Assembly (NCBI GenBank): GCA_047611865.1
Contig: JBLFWS010000094.1
Coordinates: forward strand, 1 to 13,336
DNA length: 13,336 bases
Source of the DNA: Chlamydiales bacterium
Lineage (GTDB): Bacteria > Chlamydiota > Chlamydiia > Chlamydiales > JBDQID01
Direction of reading: 5' to 3'
The notes under the pieces were generated by a model. That model searched no databases and was not told the origin of the DNA. It saw only the letters and a list, made by a program, of their open reading frames with translations. Numbering within the stretch: position 1 is the first letter of the stretch; each line of letters begins with the position of its first letter. This document shows positions 1 to 7,131 of this stretch, one piece after another. The position numbers and the translations under genes were made by a program.

Positions 1-80
1 CTGTTAGAATTTAGTAAGAATTCTATTTTACCCCGGGTATATCGAGTCTGGTATAAATAACCTGGGGTTTCAATATCCTC

Positions 81-2261
81 CTAAGAGTGCTCTGTGTGCT
101 TTTTTAGGAGGATTGTTTTTTCAGAAGAAATTGTGTATTTCCAGTGCCAGCTGGGTAGTATAAGTTTTTCTCGTTTGATCTGGAGATCTCCATCTTTTTC
201 GCTAACTACTAGACGTTCGCCGTTTTTGACTTCAAAAATATGGCTTCCATTGAAAGTAACATCGGAGGCATGAAATTCTGCATTACCATGTAGAATGATT
301 TGTAAGGCTTCATGTCTGGAAATATCATTTCTCCAGTAGGTATTTTTAGCTTGGGATTCAATACCCTCATTAATAATTCGAACGTTGTCAAGGGTACATT
401 TACCAGACTCTTCGCCATATTCTATGAGCATATCTTTATTTTTTTTGCCAAGTACATCTTGGCTTTTGATAAGAAGACTTCCGTCCAAAAACAACCTTTC
501 GATATCCAGCTCTGCAATTTCTAGCTGTAGCTCAGATCCGGAAGTTAGTCTTCCTCCGCGAATTTTTTGCCCGATGACGGAGTAGAGAGGCCCAAGAGCT
601 GGATGAAGAAAGCAGGTATAGTCGGGAGAATCATAACTAGTGGGGGCTGTGATTTTGCAGAAATTAGTGAGTAAGTCATGAATATTTTTCATTACGTCTG
701 TGTGACAGCCCTCTGGAGTTTCGAGTGGAGGGGAGTTTGGAGAATAGGAGCGTTTAGTACAGGATATCGTTTTGCATCTTTCATTGAAGGTTAAAAAGAT
801 TTTTTGCAATTTTCTTTTGCCTTCAGGGAGTGGGGTGGGGTAAGCATCGGAAATGTAATCGGAAATATTCTGCATGGTTGATTCAAGCCTGCCCGCCTTA
901 ATTTCTGAAACTTTTCCATCTGGAGCAATGTAGGGGGCTGTATTTTTCATATTGATTAGCATTCCTGGGATCGGATGCTCCTCAGCAGTTTTCTCCAGTG
1001 TTTTAAGATCTGCGAACAGAATGTTGGTGTTGGAGGGGAATCGGGAATACGTGGAGCCAGGAGTTACAGGAGAATCTTCGATATTTAATTTGGCAAAGTC
1101 AGTGTACTCTATATTGGAGATTGTATATTCATAGCCTTTGCCTGTTTTCGTTTCTTTGATGACGTTGACCCCCTCTGCAGCACCAACGGTTCGGTGGCAT
1201 GAAGCAAAACCAAAGTCCATATCTTCACTACAACCGATTCCAGTAAATGCTAAAAGCGTATGGTCTGTACCAGCGACGGGATTGTTGATCTGCCTGACAA
1301 GAGTTTTTTTTCTTTTATGTAATTGTAGCCATTCAAATATCAGGTTGTCTTTGGCAAATTTCCAGATGCTGCCATGGCCACCTGGTTTTAGATTTAAGGT
1401 AAGGGGTGCCAGCATGGACCAATTTCCCTCTTCATTAATTACCGGAACTGAGGATTGGGTAAAGAGCCGGAAGGAGTCTTTGTCTCTTCCGTACCAGTTA
1501 TTGGTTTCCAAGAGGGTAGTTATTCTACTGTGGTTGTGTTTTTCTAAAGAGGTCATGAGGGCAATAGGAGTTGCTAGCTGTTTGCCAAAGAGCTTGTAGT
1601 GCAGGTATTCTCGGGCTTGCAAATCACGAATCAATCCTTCAAGTAAGGTTCTACCTCCAAAGAGAAGCATCGCGGCGGGGAGGGGTTCTCCGGTTTGCTC
1701 GTCGGTAAGACCCAGTCTGTCTCCAGCTCCTCCCAAAGGATAGAGTTCCGCAATTTGAGGGAGTGTAGTGATGCCGTCGATAATAGCTTGCCGAACGATA
1801 TCAGTATCTTGTTGGCTTAGGTCCACTCCCTCAGGTTGGTAGAAATGAGACTCTTGAGAGGGTGATTGCTTGGGGCCCTTATGAGATTCCTGAATTAAAT
1901 TTAGGATAGTAGCGTGATACCCTACGATACCTCCAATAGAAGAATAAAATGTCTCGATCTTTAAAAGGGACTGAAGTAGAACACGTAAGCGCTCGAACTT
2001 GTCTTCAAGAACATCAGGGATGTTGAAAACGACAGGACCCTGTCCGATAGCAAGAATGGATTTAATGGCATATTCACATTCAGGAGAGAGTCCTGCAAGA
2101 AAGGTACGAAGAGGCGCTGATTTTTGAATCGCATTTTGAACAATAGTTAGTTGGTCAAGTAGTTCGAGTTTTTCTTCAAGAGAGTCTGCAGAGGTGAGTT
2201 TTTCAACAAGAGAGTTGCAAAAAGAGTTGTCGTTTTTTAGCGATATTTCAGAAGTATTCAT
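81..2261 (-). CDS. UTP--glucose-1-phosphate uridylyltransferase, UDPGP family, plant UGP3-like
   Basis: 726-aa ORF with nucleotide-binding loop YPLGGAGDRLGL, GRTLLEGLIRDLQAREYL, KPGGHG, RQINNP, NIEY and FPSNTNILF. These motifs match what I recall of plastid UGP3 and its chlamydial homologues. Confidence 0.85.
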   Translation of the reverse strand: MNTSEISLKNDNSFCNSLVEKLTSADSLEEKLELLDQLTIVQNAIQKSAPLRTFLAGLSPECEYAIKSILAIGQGPVVFNIPDVLEDKFERLRVLLQSLLKIETFYSSIGGIVGYHATILNLIQESHKGPKQSPSQESHFYQPEGVDLSQQDTDIVRQAIIDGITTLPQIAELYPLGGAGDRLGLTDEQTGEPLPAAMLLFGGRTLLEGLIRDLQAREYLHYKLFGKQLATPIALMTSLEKHNHSRITTLLETNNWYGRDKDSFRLFTQSSVPVINEEGNWSMLAPLTLNLKPGGHGSIWKFAKDNLIFEWLQLHKRKKTLVRQINNPVAGTDHTLLAFTGIGCSEDMDFGFASCHRTVGAAEGVNVIKETKTGKGYEYTISNIEYTDFAKLNIEDSPVTPGSTYSRFPSNTNILFADLKTLEKTAEEHPIPGMLINMKNTAPYIAPDGKVSEIKAGRLESTMQNISDYISDAYPTPLPEGKRKLQKIFLTFNERCKTISCTKRSYSPNSPPLETPEGCHTDVMKNIHDLLTNFCKITAPTSYDSPDYTCFLHPALGPLYSVIGQKIRGGRLTSGSELQLEIAELDIERLFLDGSLLIKSQDVLGKKNKDMLIEYGEESGKCTLDNVRIINEGIESQAKNTYWRNDISRHEALQIILHGNAEFHASDVTFNGSHIFEVKNGERLVVSEKDGDLQIKREKLILPSWHWKYTISSEKTILLKKHTEHS

Positions 2262-2610
2262 AATATGACCTGTATTAGCTTCTATGCAGCAAAATTTTAA
2301 TTGCGTTTCTCTTTACTTTCTTTTGCTAACGACGAGTGAAGGGATTCGGATTTAGACTGCCATTTACTACGGCTTTTCGGCAAGGTTATGTTGGGGATTC
2401 TTCTCTGATTTACTTGTAAAAATCTATTTTTCTAGCTGAAAAAGAAAAAGTATGATAACCGGAGGGACGGTATTGTGGGGAAATGTGATAAATCAGGCTT
2501 ACATAGACAATTTACTTTGACTATAAAAGCTCTTGAAAGATAAAACAATCCCTATTGAAACAACTATGTGATGCTAATATGCGCATCACAAACCTCAGAA
2601 GGAGTCAAAA

Positions 2611-2892
2611 ATGGCTGAAAAGAAAAAGAATACTGCGTTTATGAAGCCTGTTAATCTTAGCCCTGAACTCGAAGCAATCACCGGGCCTGGTCCAATGCCA
2701 CGTACTGAAGTGACAAAGAAGCTTTGGGAATACATTAAGAAGCATGACAGACAAGATCCAAAAAATAAGCGCAACATTGTTCCTGATGAAAAATTAGCTA
2801 AGTTGTTTGGTACCAAAAGTGCAGTTAACATGTTTAAAATGACAAGCCTAGTTAACAAGCACATGGAAGCTCAGCCAGCTGCTGCCAAGTAG
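2611..2892 (+). CDS. Stand-alone SWIB/MDM2 domain protein (CT460-like)
   Basis: AFMKPVNLSPELEAITG...PRTEVTKKLWEYIKKHDRQDPKNKRNIVPDEKLAKLFG is a typical SWIB domain. SD AAGGAG at 2599-2604. Confidence 0.93.
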   Translation: MAEKKKNTAFMKPVNLSPELEAITGPGPMPRTEVTKKLWEYIKKHDRQDPKNKRNIVPDEKLAKLFGTKSAVNMFKMTSLVNKHMEAQPAAAK

Positions 2893-2912
2893 TTCCTTGC
2901 TTATTTCGTTTT

Positions 2913-2952
2913 AAAAGGCCTTTCTGAAGAGTTTGTTTCGGAAGGCCTTTTT
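2913..2952 (+). terminator. Intrinsic terminator after the SWIB gene, probably bidirectional
   Basis: AAAAGGCCTT(TCTGAA)...(TTCGG)AAGGCCTTTTT inverted repeat with an A-tract before and a T-tract after, 20 bp downstream of the stop. Confidence 0.8.
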
Positions 2953-3108
2953 GTTTCTATATTATCTATGGTAATTATCTTTAAAAAGTGCTAAGATACA
3001 GTGATTTATTTAATTATCCTGTACGAGCAATTTCTTCTGTCTCTTATAAAATTTTTAATTTATATTGTTCCTTTTTAGGATGGAAATCTCTTTAGAAGAG
3101 TCATAACA

Positions 3109-4092
3109 TTGAAAAGAAAAATTTCTCATATACTCGCAGATGTTTTGTGGGATTTGTGGTGTGTGCTTTCCGTTATAGGTATATGGCCCCGCTTTATTGA
3201 ACCGCGCTTGGTGGTTACCACAAAAATGGACCTTGAAGTTAAGCAGCTTCCTAAAGATTTGGAAGGGTTTAAGGTTTTACAATTTAGCGATCTTCATTTT
3301 CATAAAAATGTGCCTCAAAGTTTTTTGGATAAGGTTGTGCGTAAGATCAAAGCTATGTCACCTGATATGATCGTATTTTCTGGGGATATGATTTGTTATT
3401 CCCGTCTAGAGGATGAGGTTCGCCTAACTGAGTTTCTTAATTTGCTGAAGGCTCCATATGGCAGCTACTTTGTTTTTGGTAATCACGACTATGAAAAATA
3501 CGTCAGCTTTACTGGAGAAGGGAAATACGACGTAGTGGAGAAGAAACAGAATTCTTTTATTATTGAAGGTTTTAGAAAAATGTTTAATCCCCGAAAGGAA
3601 ATTCGAGGGATCGGCGAGGAAGCCCGCTTGACGAATAGGCATGCTGGACTCTGCACTTTATTGGGAAAAACGCCGTTTGAGATTCTTGAAAATCAGACAA
3701 AAAAAATTAAGGTAGGTAGTACTTGTCTCAATGTCTCAGGTCTTGGAGATTATTGGCTGGGTAGGTGTGATCCGTCCATTACATTTGAAACCTATGACAA
3801 AAACTATCCTGGACTCGTACTTTCCCATAACCCCGATACTTTTACTCAATTACAGGAATGGCCTGGAGAAATGGTATTATGCGGGCATACTCATGGTGGA
3901 CAAGTAAACCTGCCTTTTTTGTGGAACAAATTCATCTATATAGAAAATATGAAGTTTGTCCGAGGCTTGGTACAAATAGGTGATAAAAAGCTCTACGTTA
4001 ACAGAGGGCTTGGAAGTCACAGGCCCTTTCGATGGTTTTCTCCACCTGAATTGTTGCTACTTACTCTAAAAAATCAAAAGGCAGATTGCTAA
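3109..4092 (+). CDS. lpxG: Calcineurin-like metallophosphoesterase, probable UDP-2,3-diacylglucosamine hydrolase (LpxG/CT461-like)
   Basis: Motifs SDLH, GD, GNHD, SHNPD and GHTHGGQ, with an N-terminal hydrophobic anchor (LWDLWCVLSVIGIWPRFIEP). It lies between SWIB and ispD as in Chlamydia. TTG start. The gene symbol rests partly on synteny. Confidence 0.78.
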   Translation: MKRKISHILADVLWDLWCVLSVIGIWPRFIEPRLVVTTKMDLEVKQLPKDLEGFKVLQFSDLHFHKNVPQSFLDKVVRKIKAMSPDMIVFSGDMICYSRLEDEVRLTEFLNLLKAPYGSYFVFGNHDYEKYVSFTGEGKYDVVEKKQNSFIIEGFRKMFNPRKEIRGIGEEARLTNRHAGLCTLLGKTPFEILENQTKKIKVGSTCLNVSGLGDYWLGRCDPSITFETYDKNYPGLVLSHNPDTFTQLQEWPGEMVLCGHTHGGQVNLPFLWNKFIYIENMKFVRGLVQIGDKKLYVNRGLGSHRPFRWFSPPELLLLTLKNQKADC

Positions 4093-4766
4093 TGAGTGTT
4101 GCGGTTATTTTACTCGCTGGGGGAAAAGGTCTGCGTATGGCTTCATCTACTCCCAAGCAATATTTACCTTTGAAAGGAAAGACTGTTTCTGAACACAGCT
4201 ATGATCTTTTTTTAACGATGGAAGAAGTTCAGGAAATAGTGGTGGTATGTGCAACTGATCGCAGAAAAGTTTTTGATCGTGCAGGAGGCCAGAAAAGAGT
4301 GACTTTTGCACAGCCTGGTGAAAGGAGGCAAGATTCTGTGTTTAATGGGCTACAGAAGATTTCTGAGGGAATAGATTATATATGTATTCATGATTCTGCA
4401 AGGCCGTGTTTGAATGAAGAATTAGTGCGTGATGTGATAAGTGCTGGAAAAGAGTACGGGGCAGCAGCATTGGGACTTCCCGTTAAGTATACCGTAAAAG
4501 AAACAGAAGCCTCCGGTTTAGTTAAGAGAACTTTGAAGAGAGAGAATATTTGGGAAGTGCAAACCCCACAAGTGCTTTCTCTAGAGTTGTTGAAAAAGGG
4601 GTTTTTGAAAGCTTTGTTGGAGAATTTAACTGTGACGGATGATGTTTCATTGGCAGAATTACTTGGTTCTGCAGTTAAGCTAGTTAAAGGTTCTTCGAAA
4701 AATATCAAAATCACTACACCCGATGATCTAGTAGTGGTAGAGAGCCTTCTTGAGTGTGAGAGATAG
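4092..4766 (+). CDS. ispD: 2-C-methyl-D-erythritol 4-phosphate cytidylyltransferase
   Basis: LLAGGKGLRM, PKQY, RQDSV, IHDSARP, QTPQ, TDD and NIKITTPDDL. Start moved to the ATG at 4092, which overlaps the upstream stop (TAATG). Confidence 0.93.
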   Translation: MSVAVILLAGGKGLRMASSTPKQYLPLKGKTVSEHSYDLFLTMEEVQEIVVVCATDRRKVFDRAGGQKRVTFAQPGERRQDSVFNGLQKISEGIDYICIHDSARPCLNEELVRDVISAGKEYGAAALGLPVKYTVKETEASGLVKRTLKRENIWEVQTPQVLSLELLKKGFLKALLENLTVTDDVSLAELLGSAVKLVKGSSKNIKITTPDDLVVVESLLECER

Positions 4767-4768
4767 TA

Positions 4769-5518
4769 ATGAAGTTTAAACTAACTATAGCTTACGACGG
4801 TACAGCATACAGTGGGTGGCAGGTTCAACCAAATGCGTTGACGATTCAAGAGTTGTTGGAAAATGCTTTGAAGATACTGCTACGGCAGGAGGTGAGAGTA
4901 ATTGGGGCAGGGCGTACTGATGCCGGAGTACACGCGCGAGCGCAAGTGGCTCATTTTATCGCTGATCAAAATCTAGATGTCTCTTTAATTTTGGCAAGCG
5001 TAAATGGGATACTCCCAAACGATGTAACAGTCCTTGATCTAGAAGAGGTGTCGGATGAGTTTCATGCGAGGTTTGGAGCAAAAAGAAAAATTTATCATTA
5101 TCACCTTTCTCTGAATCGCTTTCAAGATCCTTTCCGGAGACGGTACAGTCATCATGTTCGCCATAGGCTGGATGTGGATCTTTTACGTGAAGCTGCAAGG
5201 GAGTTTGTAGGAACTCATAATTTTAGGTCGTTTGCTAATGAGGCCTATGCAGGAAGTGCAGCAAAAAATCCTATCAGAACTCTGAGTAGATTAGATGTAG
5301 TGGAAGAGCCGGATGGCTTTATTCGCCTTGAATTTGAAGGGGAAAGTTTTCTCTACAAAATGGTACGCAATATTACAGGTACGCTTTTAGAAGTGGCTAG
5401 CGGAAAACGGCCTGTAACAGAGATTCGTGAAATAATGGAAGCCAAAGACAGGAGGCGTGCTGGTCGGGCTGCGCCAGCACTGGGGCTATTTATGGTTTCG
5501 ATTCATTACGCAACGTGA
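4769..5518 (+). CDS. truA: tRNA pseudouridine(38-40) synthase
   Basis: YDGTAYSGWQ, GRTDAGVHA (catalytic Asp), FHARF, FLYKMVRNITG and APALGL. Confidence 0.96.
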   Translation: MKFKLTIAYDGTAYSGWQVQPNALTIQELLENALKILLRQEVRVIGAGRTDAGVHARAQVAHFIADQNLDVSLILASVNGILPNDVTVLDLEEVSDEFHARFGAKRKIYHYHLSLNRFQDPFRRRYSHHVRHRLDVDLLREAAREFVGTHNFRSFANEAYAGSAAKNPIRTLSRLDVVEEPDGFIRLEFEGESFLYKMVRNITGTLLEVASGKRPVTEIREIMEAKDRRRAGRAAPALGLFMVSIHYAT

Positions 5519-6189
5519 TTGATAAGAAAGTCGCTTAACTTGTCGTAGAGCGCTGTATTGCCCTCCAGAATGGACTCCATGTTGTCGTAGCGAATGTCCG
5601 TAACTAAGATGGCTTTTGCTTGAGTGGCTTTGAGGGCGCTAAGACCTCTTGGAGAATCTTCGAAACCGATGATACGGTCATTTTCATTGGCCATTTCTTT
5701 TATAGCTATCTCATAACATTCAGGATCAGGTTTAGGCTTAGAATAATTCTCTCTTGTAAACCAGACGGGGATGCTATCGAGGAGGGGGTTTTGCTTACGA
5801 ATATTCTCAATTTGTTCTAAAGGGGAATGGGTGACGACACACCTTTTGCGGCCAGCATCTTGTAAAGCCAACAAAAACTCTTCGGCACCTGGCATTAGCT
5901 TTACAGCTCCTTCGTTCAGAAGTTTCATATAAGCATCTTTCTTTTCTTGATAAAGAACAGTCCAGTCGGGTTCCATTTTGTAGAGATCGGGAAATTCTGC
6001 ATAAATTTGATCGCGTAGCCCTGTGGACTCAAAGTGAGCAGCTTTACAATAGCGTTGGAAATCCCAGGTTAGATAAAAGCCTCGACGTTTGCACATTTGA
6101 TTATAGGCTTCACGGTGTAGTTGTTCTGTATTAACAAGGAGACCATCGAAGTCGAGTAGAAATAGGTCGTATTCTTGAATCATGCTCAT
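5506..6189 (-). CDS. HAD-superfamily phosphatase (CT464-like)
   Basis: Motif I DFDGLLVNTE, motif II VVTHS, KPKPDP and motif IV FEDSPRG. Convergent 13-bp overlap with truA. The start could be 6189 or 6183. Confidence 0.9.
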   Translation of the reverse strand: MSMIQEYDLFLLDFDGLLVNTEQLHREAYNQMCKRRGFYLTWDFQRYCKAAHFESTGLRDQIYAEFPDLYKMEPDWTVLYQEKKDAYMKLLNEGAVKLMPGAEEFLLALQDAGRKRCVVTHSPLEQIENIRKQNPLLDSIPVWFTRENYSKPKPDPECYEIAIKEMANENDRIIGFEDSPRGLSALKATQAKAILVTDIRYDNMESILEGNTALYDKLSDFLINHVA

Positions 6190-6288
6190 GCCTCTTCCTC
6201 TTTATGAAAAAACGAGTATAATAGCAGGACAAGGGGCTGATTGCCACGCTTTATTTTTGTTTTGTTAAGGTATGGAAGGGTTGTATTC

Positions 6289-7131
6289 ATGGGCATTTAT
6301 TTCAAGAGTGTCTTAAAGTTATTTATTTTTATTTTGTTTCTAAGCTCCTGTTCAGGGGGGGATCTACCAGGAATAGACAGTAGCCGTAAACAAAATGAAA
6401 AAGGGGAGTTTCTCTATCGGGAGTCCGATGAATTTTTGCATAGATTGTCTCCGCCTGAACTTCGGCAAATAGAGAAGTATCCTTGGGAGGGGAAGATGGT
6501 TGGTAACTTCCCACGGATTACGAAAGAGTTCTTCCGTTGCAAGGGGAGCTCTCTTAATCCATTGAGGGTCGAGGTGAAGGAGGATGGCGAGCTGGTGAAA
6601 TATGAGGATTGTAATGGTAGGCATAGTCTACCTCTTCATGACAGCAAGGAATTTATTTACCCCATTCTTCATGAGTTACTAAATCATGTGCAGAAGAAAA
6701 CAGGAAAGCGAGTGGTGGTCACAAGTGGGCATAGCTGTCCTAAACACAATTCGTATAGGGATCCATCTAAATATAACAGAACTTCCAAGCATATGATCGG
6801 TGCAGAGGTAGCTTTTTACCTTCAGGGAATGGAGGGGCAGCCTGAAGAGGTTGTAGAGTTGCTACGTTCGTTTTACAGTGAATCATCCTCCTATAAAGAT
6901 AAAGGGGAGTATCAGGAGTTTTCAACGTATGACGGACCAATAGATGTCCTATCTATCCCAGTGCGGAACAAGGAAGTATATATAAAGATTTTCAACAAAG
7001 AAGAGGGGCGTGACTTTGACAACCGCCATCCCTATCCTTATATCAGTGTACAGGTGCGCCATGATCGCGAGGAAGATAAAGGAGTTTTTTACACGTGGAA
7101 CAAAGCTTATAATCACTATTTTAGATATTAG
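6289..7131 (+). CDS. Conserved chlamydial hypothetical lipoprotein (CT465-like) with a degenerate peptidase-M15-like motif
   Basis: ATG 6289 follows GGAAGG and gives MGIYFKSVLKLFIFILFLSSC (signal peptide plus lipobox). Internal TSGHSCPKHN...SKHMIGAEVAF resembles M15 TSGYRCxxHN...SxHxxGxAxD. The ORF track's TTG start at 6241 is less likely. Confidence 0.7.
   Translation: MGIYFKSVLKLFIFILFLSSCSGGDLPGIDSSRKQNEKGEFLYRESDEFLHRLSPPELRQIEKYPWEGKMVGNFPRITKEFFRCKGSSLNPLRVEVKEDGELVKYEDCNGRHSLPLHDSKEFIYPILHELLNHVQKKTGKRVVVTSGHSCPKHNSYRDPSKYNRTSKHMIGAEVAFYLQGMEGQPEEVVELLRSFYSESSSYKDKGEYQEFSTYDGPIDVLSIPVRNKEVYIKIFNKEEGRDFDNRHPYPYISVQVRHDREEDKGVFYTWNKAYNHYFRY

Noticed and set aside
30..71. ACCCCGGGT...ACCTGGGGTTTT inverted repeat near the window start
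   Set aside because: It may be a terminator between convergent genes, but the loop is long and the upstream context is missing. Too weak to call.
209..2143. Several 60-153 aa ORFs inside the UGP gene, and similar ones inside lpxG, ispD, truA, HAD, the recombinase, MerR-like and cargo genes
   Set aside because: Antisense or alternative-frame shadows of well-supported genes, with no motifs.
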